From positions 496,001-560,000 of the forward strand of contig CAUYUJ010000148.1 in assembly GCA_963575745.1 (NCBI GenBank): a stretch of DNA of 64,000 nucleotides, in the 5' to 3' direction. Both the position numbers and the translations under genes were made by a program. The notes below the pieces were generated by a model. That model worked only from the letters and a program-made list of their open reading frames with translations. It had not been told where the DNA came from and searched no databases. Shown piece after piece: positions 44,715 to 57,910 of the stretch. This DNA is from Prorocentrum cordatum. Lineage: Eukaryota. Within the stretch, counting starts at the first letter, position 1. Each line of letters starts with the position of its first letter.

Positions 44715-45210
44715 GGCGGCAGAGTTCGGCGCGGGCTGAGGGGCGGGCGGAGTCTCCGGTCGTTTAAAAAAGCCCAAGCCCAAAACTGAACAAGGAAGAA
44801 GGGGCGCTGAAGCGGGGGGGAGGGGGAGGGCAGGGGGCAGGGAGTAGGAGGAGGGAAGGGGGAGCAAGAGGAGAGGGGCGTGGGAGAGGAGGGGGAGGAC
44901 GGGGAGGAGAGAGACGCCCGGGTCGTGACGACCCGTACGTTGGTTACTGACGCCGCGCGGATCGTTCAACTTTGAGCGACCGCGGCTTCCCGATGGAGCA
45001 GGGAGCTCGATATCGGCCCACTCTGGGCCCTCTCCAGTCGTGCGTTCTGACCAGAATGTCGAGGCACATCCAGCCGTGGCGACGAGGGAGGGGTCGTGGC
45101 ATCGGTAGACGTTTCTCCTCTAGAGGCTGGACCCGCTGAGGTAGGGCTCGCGGGGGGTCGAAAAATCACGAGCGGAGGCGGCCGGCAACTGCCCTGCGGC
45201 CCGCGAGGGC

Positions 45211-46558
45211 TCAGCGGGCGAAGCCGTCCTGGCCGTCCGCCTTCATCTCGGCGCCCGCGTACACGTAGCCCGGCACGGTCGCGTAGACCACCTCGATGGG
45301 CGGCTCAACGGCGTCCGCCTTCCTCCCCAACTTCTCCAGGGCGAGCGCGGTGGACTTCGAGAAGCGCGGGTCGGCCACCTCGTCGTCGAGCAAGTCCATG
45401 ATCTTGCCAAAGTCCTTTTGAGCAGGGGCAGACCCTCCCCGCATTCCTAGAGGCCTACCACGGAGTGTTCTCAGAACTGTAGAATGGTTGCAAGCGTGAG
45501 CCCCAAGCCGTGAGCCATTGCACTGCGGATGCGCAGCCTACGCGGTGCAATCCATGTGGTGCACGCTATGCGGCCGGTGCGAGCTACGTGGTACAAGATG
45601 TATGGTGAAGGCTATGGGGCGCAAGCTACATGGCGTAAACTATGTGGTGCAAGCTATGTGTTGCAAGTTACGGGATGCAATCCATGCGATCTATGTGGTG
45701 AAAGCTACGTGGTGCATGCTATGAGGATTAAGCCATGTGGCGCAAGCCGGGTGGCGCCTACGATGCGCCCACGGCCGATCACCAGGCAAAACCTCGCCAT
45801 ACCAAGCACGAACACCTCGCGCCCACGAGGCGCCCACGGCCGCCCACAGCCAGCCAGCCAGGGGAAAAACACCTCGCGCCCACGGCGCCCACGAAGCGCC
45901 CAAGGCCGCCCACCAGGCGAAACCCACGCAAACCCTACGAAACCCGAGTAGTTATCCCTAGTGCAAGCACTGTTTGGGGACTACTCTTCGAACAAAGAGG
46001 TGCGTGCTTACAACATAAGACCGAGTGTTTCACACATCATACTATCAGCCGGGCATGCTGTGAGGACAGATTATACCAACAACTAAAGTGGTTCATATAC
46101 AACTTGTTGGTGGGCCTACAGGCGGTCCAGGGCGCTTCGTCACTGCACGAGTCCTCCGTCAACACCTCCGCGCCGGCGATGGACTTCACCACCATGCCGC
46201 CCGACACGCCGGCGGAGAACGCCTGGCCCTGGGGGTCCCCAGGGTACCGGGACACCGGGATCACCTCCATGGCCATCGCGCCCTTCATGCCGTTGCCCGG
46301 CTGGTAGCGCAGGATGCCAAAGGGGCGCTTCTTGTAGGTGACGGTGGGGCCCGGGCCAGTGGCGGCCGAGGCGTCGAACGCCACATCCGCGTCCTTCGGC
46401 CCGCAGCGCTCCAGGTACTCCGCGCTCACGCGCGCGGCCACGCGCTCGCCGCGCTGGCAGCTGGGCGCGGGCGAGCCCACGAAGCCGGCGCCCCTGCGGC
46501 ACAGGGCCACCACCGCAGCCGCAAGCATGCACGTGAGGATGGGCCGCTGGGGCGCCAT
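45211..46558 (-). CDS. Tandem array copy 6; exon1 46558-46154, intron 46153-45415 (739 bp), exon2 45414-45211
   Basis: Shares V11M with copy 5; other differences found are synonymous (TTT/TTC). Confidence 0.85.
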
Positions 46559-47226
46559 GGCGGCAGAGCTCGGCGTGGACTGAGGGGCGGGCGTTGTTCA
46601 AAAAAAGCCCAAGCCCAAAACTGAACAAGAGGGACTCTGAAGGGGGAAAGGGGAAGGGCAGGGGGCAGAGAGTAGGAGGGGGGAAGGGGGAGCAAGAGGA
46701 GAGGGGCGTGGGAGAGGAGGGGGAGGACGGGGAGGAGAGAGGCCCGGGTCGTGACGACCCGGGCGTTGGTTACTGACGCCGCGCGGACCGCTCAACTTTG
46801 AGAGACCGCGGCTTCCCGATGGAGCAGGGAGCTCGATATCGGCCCACTCCGGGTCCTCTCCAGTCTTGCACCAGAATGTCGAGGCGCATCAAGCCGCGGC
46901 GACGAGGGAACGGTCGCGGCACCGGTCCGAATGAGGGGGCCGAACGATCAATCATTGTCCCTGGGTGCGTGGCTGAAGTGAGAATCCGTGGTGGGGATTA
47001 TTTTTGTTGTTGTTGTCATTGTTGTTGGCGGTGTTGTTGTGATTGTTGTTATTGTTTGTTGTTGTTGTTGTTGAACGCTCACTTCAGAAGAATAAGTCTT
47101 GTTGATCCCCCTTTCGGTGCACCCTGTATGCTTTAAGTGCAATGCCACTCCCCGCGCCCGCACCGTGTTTTTTTTTATTAGGTCAATGTATTCGTCATCA
47201 AACTGTGTTTTTGGCCCCCTGATTAG

Positions 47227-47270
<44 letters not shown>

Positions 47271-47569
47271 CGGCTCCCGCCCGAGACTTTCTCACAATTT
47301 ACCCGGACCCCCGCTCCCGCCGGAGAATTCCTCGCATTTTATTCAGGAGTCGCCCTCTCGCTTGGAACTTCCTTACGGTTTATGCCGGAGTCGATCAGTC
47401 GGCGCTCTTGAGTCGCACTCTCGCTGGAGACTCGCTTGCAATTTACTGCAGAACAACGCCTTTGCATTGGAATTTCCTGCGATTTACTCAAGCGCCGCGC
47501 TCCCGTCACTCAGGCACCCAGGTGCCGCGCTCACGCTTGGGACTCCCTCCAATTACTTCAGAATCGGGA

Positions 47570-48600
47570 TATCGCTGCCCTTCGTGGCCCCGTTGCCACC
47601 GTTCGTAACCCCCTCGCTGCCCTTCGTGGCCCCGTTGCAGCCGTTCGTGGCCCCCTTGCTGCCCTCCGGGGCCCCGTCACGGCCCTTCGTAGCCCCCTCG
47701 CTGCCCTTCGTAGCCCCCTCGCTGCCCTTTCGTGGCCCCGATGCAACCCCTCGTGGCCCCCTCGCTGCCTTTCGTGGCCCCGTTGTAACCATTCGTGGCC
47801 ACCTCGTTGCCCTCCGTGGCCCCGTCGCAGCCCTTCGTGGCCCCCTCGCTGCCCTTCGTGGCCGCGTTTCAACCCCTCGTGGCCCTCTCGCTGCCCTTAC
47901 TGGCACCGTTGCAGCCCTTCGTGCCCCCCTCGCTGCCCTTTTGTGGCCCCGTCGCTGCCTTTCGTGGCCCCCTCGCTGCCCTTCGTGGCCCCGTTGCATC
48001 ACTTCGTGGTCCCCTCGCTGCCCTCAGCGGCCCCGTCGCAGCCCATCGCGGCCCCCTCGCCGCCATCCGTGGCCCCGTTGCAGCCTTTCGTGGCCCCCTC
48101 GCTGCCCTTCGTGGCCCTGTTGCAGCTCATCGCGGCCCCGTTGCAGCCCTTCGCGGCCCTCTCGCTGCCCCTGGTGGCCCCCGCTCGTTCGCGCCCGTCG
48201 TGGCCCTATACGCATGCCCTTCGTGGCCCCGCTGTCGCCCTTCGCGGCCCCCTCGTTGCCCTTCGTGGCCCCGTCGCTGCCCGCAGTGGCCCCGTCCTTG
48301 CCCTCCGCGGCCCAATCTACGCATGCCTTTCGTGGTCCCCAGTCGTTCGCGCCCGTCGTGGCCCCATGCGCATGCTCTTCGTGGCCTCGCTGTCGCCCTC
48401 TGTGGCCCCCTCGCTGTCCTTCGTGGCCCAGATGCGACCCTGAGTGGCCCCGTCGTTGCCTTCTGTGGCCCCGCACTATCTGCCCTTAGTGGCCCCCGCT
48501 AGTTGGCGCGCTTCGTGGCCCCATACGCATTCCCTTCGTGTCCCCGCTGTCGCCCTTCGTGGCCTACTTCGTGCCCTTCGTGGCCCTGCTGTCGTTCTCT
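47570..48600. repeat. ~21-bp minisatellite (GCCCTTCGTGGCCCCCTCGCT-like)
   Basis: Direct inspection. Confidence 0.9.
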
Positions 48601-49164
48601 CTGACGCTCTCGCTTGCGCTCGTCGTCGCCGTCGCCATCGTCGTCGTCGTGGTCGGTCCCCTGTCCATCCCTCTTGGGGTCGGGTTGCCGCCGACAAGGG
48701 CTGCCGCTGGCCAGGCCGTCGGTCCGCGGCCGCCCCGCCGCTTGCCGGGACCAGGCCTGCAGGACAGCAATCCACCCCCCGAAAAAAGTCACGAGCGAAG
48801 ACGACGAGGGCAGGTATCGAGGGCTTGGGAGATACGCGTTATCGGACACTCGAGCAGATAGGAGCAGACAATATTAAAATGATTGTTGTTGTTGATGTTG
48901 TTGTTGAGCACTCGTTTCTAAAGAATCCGCCGGCCCCCGTTGTGGGGCCACCAGGCTGTAGGCCGAAGCTTCGCAGTTTCCTGTACCAGTTGCAGCTTCA
49001 AATTTTCACTGCTATAGTTCTGCTTATTGCTGCTTACTGTTCCTTGTTGACTTCTTGCTGCTAACTGTTCCTGGTTGATGGACCGCGCGAGGGGGGGAGG
49101 CCCAAAACGGGCATTTCTACCACGCCTTGAGCGTGTGCTCTGAATTGCCGGGGTGGATACAAAA

Positions 49165-49790
49165 ATTACACCCCTCACGCAGATCGGCGGGGTCAGGGTC
49201 CAAAAAACATAACGGATTTGCTACATTTCTGAAATTCGGTGGCGCCCCTCACGCAGATTGGCGGGGCCAGGGTCCAAAAACACATGGGATTTGCCGCTTT
49301 CCTGACATTCGGTGGCACCCCTCACGCACATCGGCGGGGTCAGGGTCCACAAACACACCAGATTTGCAACATTTCTGACATTCGCTGGCACCCCTCGCGC
49401 AGATCGGCAGGGTCAGGGTCCAAAAACACATGAGAGTTACCACATGTCTTACATTGGGTGGCCCACCTCACGCAGATCGGCAGGGTCAGGGTCCAAAACC
49501 ACAAGGGATTTACCACATGTCTTACATTCGGTGGCACCCCTCACGCAGATCGGCAGGGTCAGGGTCTGAAAACACAAGGGATTTGTCATGATTCTAAAAT
49601 CCGGTGGCACCCCTCATGCAAATCGGCAGGGTCAGGGTCTGAAAACAGAAAGGATCTGTAACATTCCTGAAGTCCGGCGGCACCCCTCACGCAGATCGGC
49701 AGGGTCAGGGTCTGAAAGCACAAGGGACTTGCCACATGTCTGGAATTCGGCGGCACCCCTCACGCAAATCCGTAAAATCAGGGTCGAAAA
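49165..49790. repeat. ~73-bp tandem repeat, ~9 copies (CACCCCTCACGCAGATCGGCAGGGTCAGGGTC...)
   Basis: Core recurs with a ~73-bp period. Confidence 0.9.
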
Positions 49791-50679
49791 CAAACAGGTC
49801 CCGACACTGCTTCACGGCGGCGCCCAAACCTCCTGATTTAGGTTTTGCATCTCACATTATCCGAGACAAGGGGCCCGCAGCATGGGGCGAAACCCTTACG
49901 GATAAGTATTGCTGCTTTCCAGAAGCGGTTCCGCGCGCTTTCGCGTCGTCGCTGAAAGCGAAGCTCCCGCTCGAGCGTCGGCTTGCGCCTAAATGTAAGC
50001 CTTTGGAGGCCCAGCTACGACAACAACGGCTCCAGCTTGATACTTCCTCACATTTTACCCCGAGACACCCTGGCCAGAGGCCCCCGAACTCAGGAACGGC
50101 GCTCTCGCTCGAGACTTCCTCGCAATTAAAGTAAGTTCGCGGGGTCCCAGCCACGACGACAAGGGCTTCTGCTCGATAGTTCCTTACGAGTCACTCCGAA
50201 AGCCCCTGGCCAGAGAGAGGACCCCGAGCTCAGGAACGGCGCTCTCGCTCGAGACTTCCCCATAATGCAAGAAAGTTGGCTGAAGCCCGGACACGGAAAC
50301 AAGATCTCCCGTTCGATATGTGTCGATCGGCATTCCGAAAGCCCCTGGCCAGAGAGAGGCCCCCGAAGTCAGGAACGGCGCTCTCGCTCGACACGTCTTC
50401 GCACTTCAGTCAGTGGCCGACAAGAAAAATATTCCATCCGAAAGGGGGTGCAATCGAAGGTGAAGTGGGCGGGTATCGCAGGTTGTGGTATACGGAATGC
50501 AAGACACGCGTGCCAATAAGAGCGAAGAGTTGCAAAATTGCTGAATGTTAGTTACTAAGCACTTATTATTGTTGGACCCCTTACAAGCGCCTTGGCGTTT
50601 TCTCCAAGACGCCGGCTGAATTGTTCAGAAAGTGCGGCTCGTTTTCAAACGGATTGGGGGACCCCCCAAACCGGCCCCC

Positions 50680-50710
<31 letters not shown>

Positions 50711-52266
50711 CATTCAAGACTGGGGACACTCCGTTCTCACCAGTGCCAGGGTTTTCATAGGAGGCGGGCAATACCCCCACTTTGTATGACGGGGGTGGCC
50801 GGTTCAAGCTCTACCAAATTTCCAGAAATCTCTTCGCGCTACCCATCCACACCCAGCTTCCCGCCCTATGACGTTCGGACACTTCACTTCGTGGCATGCG
50901 GACGACCGTGGCTACTATTCAGGGCCCCGCGGCCGACGACGACGGCGTGCGCGCGCGAAGAAAAAACGAATGTGTCCAATATTGCTCGCAAGAGCCCGTT
51001 TGACAGAAATGTTGAAAAAATACTGGGTTTCCTCAGAAATCCGCAAGAGCCCGCAAGATGAATGTTTGAATTTTTTGTTTGAAAACCATTGGGTTTTTCA
51101 TGTTTTTATGTTAAAATCGCTACGAAAACTAAGGTTTTGGAAGGATTTCATCTTGCGCGCGCGAGTGTGCACTTCGTGTCATTTTTTCAAAGGATTCTTG
51201 AAGTTTTGTTATGTTAGAACAAGAAATTTCATTTTATAGTGTTTTTTGCAAGGGAAAGCGGGCGTCAACAAAACAACCGGATCCGGACACCCACGTTTTG
51301 CCTGAGACTTCCTCACGAAAATGATGAAAATGTGGCTGCGGCCTAGGCGCGGCGAGGGGGGCGCGCACCAGGGGCCCCAACAATAATTATTCTTTAGAAT
51401 AAATAATGTTCAACAACAACAACAACAACACCAACATCAACAACAACAACACCAACAACAACAACAACAACAATCATTTTACCCGAACGCTCAGTGTTCT
51501 CCCCAGTGCCAGGGTTTTCTTGCGACACCAGCCAATACCCCCACTTCGTGGGGGGGCCGTTCAAGCTCTACCAAATATCCAAACGACTCTTCGAGACCAC
51601 CCACACCCAGCTTCCCGCCCTATGACGTTGGGACACTTCACTTCGTGGCGTGCGGACGACCCTGGCTACTACACTGGCGTGGGGTACACACCCACAGAGG
51701 TTGATCACATCTGTTACATATGATGTGGTACACGGTACACGTGAGATGGTACGCAGTGCCAAGATAGTTGGTCACATTTTTGGGGCAAATTCGTGGGGAT
51801 GCGATTACAGAAGTACATGTGTTACACTGATGTTATACAGTCCCAAGGATGACGCATGCATTGCTCATAGACTCATGGCGCTATGATCCTAACTCTCAGT
51901 GCCCAACGCGCGCGTGCACAGCCAGACGGAGGGAGAGAAACACATGTATACAAGGTTCGTGACATACGCACGGTCCACCATGTTGTAAACGATCGCATGC
52001 ACGGTAAGTTCTGAAATTATACGCATGTACAAGCAGACATGCGAGGGAGAAAGGGAGATGGCCATCGACAGTTCCAATACGGCTCCAAGGCGGAAGAGGG
52101 GGAGGAGGAGCAGGACAAGGAGGAAAGGAGAGAAGCGAGAAAGGAAGAACGCAGACGGCGCGGCTCTGGACACAAAGGGGTGCCATACTTTCTCCTGCTT
52201 TCGCAAACAGGTCCAGTCACACGTAGGGGTATACTCAACCGAATGGTCTTCGCATCCAGAAGCATA

Positions 52267-52935
52267 CTAAAGGCGCGACGCATCGTCGTCTGCGATGGCG
52301 CGGAGCGGGCGCGTGGGTGCCCGGCTGCCTGGCTGATACACGTGCGGGCCTGGCTGATACGCGTTGAGCTTTTCGGCCGTGTCATACTGCAAAGGTCCAG
52401 AGTCAGGGTGATACTTCACGTACCATTGCCTCGAAACCATACCGCTGACAGCGACGGGAGGATCGCTCTCCGAGAGAAGCTGCGAGAGGACCTCCGCAGC
52501 GGCCTCGTCGGCGAAGCTCTCCCGATACTGATTGAGTCGAAGACGCTCGCCCATACATTCCTCCACAGCTTGGGCAGTGTTCAATGCCCCCTTGGCGCCC
52601 CACTCCGTGCTGAGCCACTTCTGGCATACCCTGGCGTTAGCAGATACAGATAAATGTCCCAGGAGCCACTGCTTCAAGACGGCCCCGTCAGTGGTCCCCT
52701 CGGGCATGTCTTTGCGAATACGTTCTCCATACCAGGTCTCCAAGTGGCCAGCGTTCTGCACTTGGACAAGCGTGTCTTTGGATGAATACTGCAGTAGCCA
52801 CGCCGTTGCGACCTTATCTGGCACATACAGTGGTGGATCCAACTGTCGGAGCGCCCGGCATAATTTGAAAGCGGTATTATACTCAATGCCCAGGTGGCGG
52901 ATGGCAGAGCCGCGCTGCTCCTCCAGCTCCTTGGT
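52267..52935 (-). pseudogene. Fragment of a protein with three tandem ~60-aa HTH-like repeats
   Basis: ELEEQRGSAIR..KLCRALRQLDPPLYVPDKVATAWL / HLETWYGERIR..VLKQWL..SVSANARVCQKWL / AVEECMGERLR..VLSQLLSESDPPVAVSGMVSRQWY. The ORF 5' end appears to derive from an adjacent repeat. Confidence 0.55.
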
Positions 52936-54019
52936 GAAGCCTCTTGGGACCATCTTGGGCGCCTCTTTGGGCCTCATGGGCGCCTCTTGGGGCCATCTTG
53001 CGCGCCTGTTGGGGCCATCTTGGGTTTTAAAGATTCATCAAGAGACCGCGAATGGATTTCGAGATTTTTCGGATGAGAAAGTAGTGCGTTTTCATATGTT
53101 TTCTGAACATCGCATCTTGAAATTATTGAAAACCCATTGTGTTTGGCAGGATTTCGACATGCGCGCGCGGCGGCCGCGCGCATGTGCACTTCGTCTCATT
53201 TTTTGCAAGGGATGGTGGCCCTCGCAGGCGCGCAACCGTTGTTGGAAAAGTTCAAAGCACCTGAAGAATTAGCACGCAAAGACCCTTTTTGACAGAAATG
53301 TTTAAAAAGTGGTGTGTTTCCTATGAATCCGCAAGAGCGCGCGGAAGGACATTTTGACAATTTTTTCTTAAAAAACCATTGGGTTTTTGATGTTTTTATG
53401 TTAAAATCGTTACGAAACCTAAGGTTTTGGAAGGATTTCGTCTTGCGAGCGCGAATGTCCACTTTACCTTATTTTTTGCAAGGGATTCTTGAAATTTGAT
53501 CAACTAAGAACAAGAATTTTCATTTTCTATTGTTTTTTGCAAGGGAAAACGAGCGTCAACAAAAAACCGGATCCGGGGGTAATCCACTTTTCTGAAGCTT
53601 TCGCAGAAAAATGATGAAAATGTAGCTGCGGCCTAGGTTTTGGGCGGGGGGCGTGCACCAGGGGGTCCAACAATAATAATTCTTTAGAAGTAATAGTGTT
53701 CAACAATAACAACAACACCGACATCAACAACACCACCAACAACAACGCTCCCGTTAAAGACGTCCTCCTTTTGTGCTCAGGGCCGGTAATCTTGCTCGCC
53801 GCCGAAAACAACCGCCTCAACAAAACCAGCGCAATCGCTCGAGACTGCCTCCCGTTTTATCATGGACAGGCGCGCTACTCTTTCTCTCATCGGCGCCGCC
53901 CCCGACTTCCTCTTGTTCAACACAAGGCGGTGTTTTGGCTCGCCGCCGACAGTCCCCGCCCCGACAAAACCAGCACTCCCGCCCGAGACTTCCTCTCGTT
54001 TTACCCTAGACTGGCGCCC

Positions 54020-54316
54020 TCTTCCCCTCCTCCTCTTCCTCCTCGTCGTCGTCCTCCTCCTCCTCTTTTTCCTCCTCCTCCTCACCCTCCTCCTTCCTTC
54101 TCCTCCTTCTCCCCCTCCTCCTCCTTCTCCCCCCTCTCTTCCTCCCTCTTCCTTCCTCCACAATTTGTTTTCTCCCTCCTCCCTCCTCCCTCCACCGTCC
54201 CTTTTTCCGCCTTCCTCCTCCTTCCCCTTTTCCCCCCCTCTCCTCCTCCTCCTCCTCCTCCTCCTCTCCTCCTCCTCCTCTCCTCCTCCTCCTCCTCCTC
54301 CTCCTCCTCCTCCTCC

Positions 54317-54352
<36 letters not shown>

Positions 54353-54760
54353 CGTCCTCCTCCTCCTCCTCCTCCTCCTGCTCCTCCTCCTCCTCCTCCT
54401 CCTCTTCCTCCTCCTCCGCCTCCTCCTCCTCCTCCCCTCCTCCTCCTCCTGCTCTCCTCCTCCTCCTCCTCCTCTCCTCCTCCTCCTCCTCCTCCTCGTC
54501 CTCCCCCTGGTCCTCCTCCTTTTCCTCCTTTTCCTCCTCCCCTCCTCGTCCGCCTCGTCCTCCCCCTTCCCCCTTCCCCTTCGTTCCTCCTCCCTCTTCC
54601 CCCCTCCATTGCCTCCTCTCCTCCCTCCCCCCCCCTTCCCTCTCCCGCCCTCTTCCCCCCCGCCCCCCTCCCCCCCCTTTCCCTGTCCGCCCCCCTTGTC
54701 TCCTCCCTCCTCCTGCCCCCCTCCTCCCTCATCTCTTCCCCTTTTGTCCGTCCTCCCTCG
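54020..54760. repeat. Polypyrimidine/(CCT)n tract
   Basis: Direct inspection. Confidence 0.9.
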
Positions 54761-55044
54761 TCGATCCCGTTCGACACTCCCTCATATGTAACTCAAGACT
54801 GGGCCCTCGGTTCGGCGTCGCCTCTAGGGGGCTTCCACGACTCCCTGTTGAACCATAGTTATTACATAACGACACTGTTGGAAATAACATTATCTTGCGA
54901 CGCATCCAACCATTTCTACACAAGTGGCAATTACATTCAGGACCACTCAATACCGAAGGACACTTCCGCGCCATAGGACATTTCGGCGCCATGGTATAGC
55001 GGCGATCTGTTTAGGACGTACCTCCGATGAGCCCCCCGGAAGCC

Positions 55045-56200
55045 CATGCGCGCCAGGTGAGCCAAGCGCGCCAGGCGCGCCAGGTGTGCGCCAGGTGCGC
55101 CTAGCGCGCCAGGTGCGCCAGGTGCGCCCGGTGCGTCAGGTGCGCCAGTTGCGCCTGGCGCGCCAGGTGCGCCTGATGCGCCAAGCGCGCCAGGTGCGCC
55201 AAGTCTGCGCCAGGTGTGCGCCAGGTGTGCTCCCGGTGTGCCAAGTGCGCCAGGTGCGCCCAGCGCGCCAGGTGTGCCAGGTGCGCCAGCTGCGCCAGGT
55301 ACGCCAGATGCGCCAGGCGCGCCAGGTGCGCCAAGTGTGCGCCAGGTGCGCCAGTTGCGCCAGTTGTGCCAGGCGCGCCAAGTGAGCCAGGTGTGCGCCA
55401 AGTGCGCCTAGCGCGCCAGGCGCTCCAGGTTGGCCAGGTGTGCCAGGTGCGCCAGGTGCGCCATGGGCGCCAGATGCGCCAGGTGCGCAAGGTGCGCCAG
55501 GTGTGCGCCAGGTGCGTGCCAGGCGCGCCAGGTGCGCCAGGTGCGCCAGTTGCGCCAGGCGCGCCAGTTGCGCCATGCGCGCCAGGCGCGCCAGGTGCGC
55601 CAGGTGCGCCAGGTGTGCCAGGTGCGTCAGGTGCGCCCAGCGCGCCAGGTGCACCAGTGCACCAGGTGCGCGCGAAGTGCTCCCAGCGCGCCAGGTGCCC
55701 CAAGTGCGCCCAGCGCGTCAGGTTCGCGCCAGGTGCGCCCGAGGTGCGCGCCAGGCGCGCCACGTGTGCGCCAGTTGCGCCAGGTGTGCGCCACGCGTGT
55801 GCCAGGTGCGCGCCAGGTGCGCCAGGTGCGCCAGTTGCGCCAGGTGTGTCAGGTGCGCCAGTTGCGCCAGGCGCACCAAGTGAGCCAGGTGCGCCATGTG
55901 CGCCAGGTGCGACAGGTGCGACAGGTGCGCCAGGTGCGCCAGGTGCGACAGGCGCGCCAGGTGCGCGCCAGGTGCGCCAGTTGCGCCAGTTGCACCAGGC
56001 GCGCCAGGCGCGCCAGGTGCGCCAGGTGCAGCAAGTGCGCCAGGTGCGCCCAGCGCGCCAGGTGTGCGCCAGGTGCGCGCCAGGTGCGCCCAGCGCGTCA
56101 GGTGCGCCAGGCGCGCCCAGCGCGCCAAGTGCGCGCCAGGTGCGCGCCAGGTGCGCGCCAGGTGCGCGCCAGGTGCCACACGCGCGACAGGTGCGCAACG
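55045..56200. repeat. 9-bp minisatellite (GCGCCAGGT)n
   Basis: Direct inspection; gives GAP/RQVR pseudo-ORFs. Confidence 0.95.
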
Positions 56201-57910
56201 TGCCCTCCCAGAAACCCACGAAAGTGGCAACAAGTGCGCAGATCCCCCCCTCCCCCCCCCCTCCCCCATGCACCCCCGCTCCCCCCCCCCCCCCCCCCCC
56301 CCCAGGGGACAGGGAGGCCTCGAAGTGGTCTGCGTAGGACGCACCTCCGCTGGGCCTCCCAGGAACCAACGACAGCGGCGACAGTTGGTTGCGCAGATCG
56401 CAGCCCCCCCCAGGGGACAAGGTGGCCTCAGAGTGATCTGCGCAGGACGCACCTCCGCTGGGCCCCCCAGGAACCTACGAAAGTGGCGACAGTTGCGCAG
56501 GTCGCAGCCCCCCCAGGGGGCAGGGACGCCTCAAAGTGATCTGCGTAGGACGCACCCCCGCTGGGCCTCCCATGAACCCACGAAAGTGGCGAGAGTTGCG
56601 CAGATCGCAGCCCCCCCCCCCCAGGGCCCCAGGGGGCAGGGAGGCCTCAGGGTGACCTGCGTAGGACGCACCTCCGCTGGGCCTCCCAGGACCCCGCAAG
56701 AGTGGCGAAAGTGGCGCAGATCGCAGCCCCCCCCCCCCCCCCCTGGGGGCAGGGAGGCCTCAAAGTGATCTGCGTAGGACGTACCTCCGCTGCGCTCCCA
56801 GGAAACAACGCGCAGACCGCAGCCCCCCCCCCTCCCCCGGACAGGGGAGCTTCAAAATGATCTGCGTAGGACGCGCACCTCCGCTGGGGCCCCAGAACCA
56901 ACGACAGCGGCGACAGTTGCGCAGATCGCGACCCCCCCCCCCCCCCCCGGAGCAGGGGGGCCTCGAATTGATTTGCGTAGGACGCACCTCCGCTGGGCCT
57001 CCCAGGAACCCACGACAGTGGCGACAGCTGCGCAGATCGCAGCCCCCCCCCCCCCACGGCCCCAAGGGACAGGGAGGCGTCAAAGTGATCTGCGTGGGAC
57101 GCACCTCCGCTGGGCCTCCCAAGACCCCGCGAAAGCGGCGACAGTTGCGCAGATCCCCACCCCCCCTCACCCCATGGGACAGAGAGGCCTCCAAGTGATC
57201 TGCGTAGGACGCACCTCCGCTGGGCCTCCCAGGGACCCACGAGAGTGGCGACAGTTGCGCAGAGCGCAGCCCCCCCCCAAGGGACAGGGAGGCATCAAAG
57301 TGATCTGCGTAGGACGCACATCCGCTGGGCCTCCCAGGAACCCACGAAAGTGGCGACAGTTGCGCAGGTCGCAGCCCCCCCAGGGGGCAGGGACGCTTCA
57401 AATTGATTTGCGTAGGACGCACCTCCGCTGGGCATCCCAGGAACACACGAAAGTGGCGACAGTTGCGCAGATCGCAGCCCCCCCCCCCCCCCAAGGGACA
57501 GGGAGGCCACGAAGGGATTTGCGTAGGGCGCACCTCCGCTGGGCATCCCAGGAACCCACGACAGTGGCGACAGTTGCGCAGATCGCAGCCCCCCCCCCCC
57601 CCAGGGGACATGGAGGCCTCCAAGTGATCTGCGTAGGACGCACCTGGGCCTCCCAGGAACCCACGACAGCGGCGACAGTTGGTTGCGCAGATCGCAGCCC
57701 CCCTTGGGGACAGGGAGGCCTCGGAATGATCTGCGTAGGACGTGCTTCCGCTGGGCCTCCCAGGAACCCACGAAAGTGGCGACGGTTGCGCAGATCGCAG
57801 CCCCGCAAGGGGGCAGGGAGGCCTCAAAGTGATCTGCGCAAGACGTACCTCCGCCGGGCCTCCCAGAAGCCCACGAAGAGGCGACAGTTGCGCAGATCGC
57901 AGCCCCGCAG
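56200..57910. repeat. ~105-118-bp tandem repeat, ~15 copies, each with a variable poly-C tract
   Basis: GTGATCTGCGTAGGACGCACCTCCGCTGGGCCTCCCAGGAACCCACG...TTGCGCAGATCGCAGCCCC recurs. Confidence 0.9.

Noticed and set aside
53696..54976. Proline-rich extensin-like ORF
   Set aside because: Polypyrimidine/(CCT)n tract.
55045..56540. Collagen-like (GAP)n ORFs
   Set aside because: Product of a 9-bp minisatellite that is open in several frames on both strands, with frequent frame-breaking indels.
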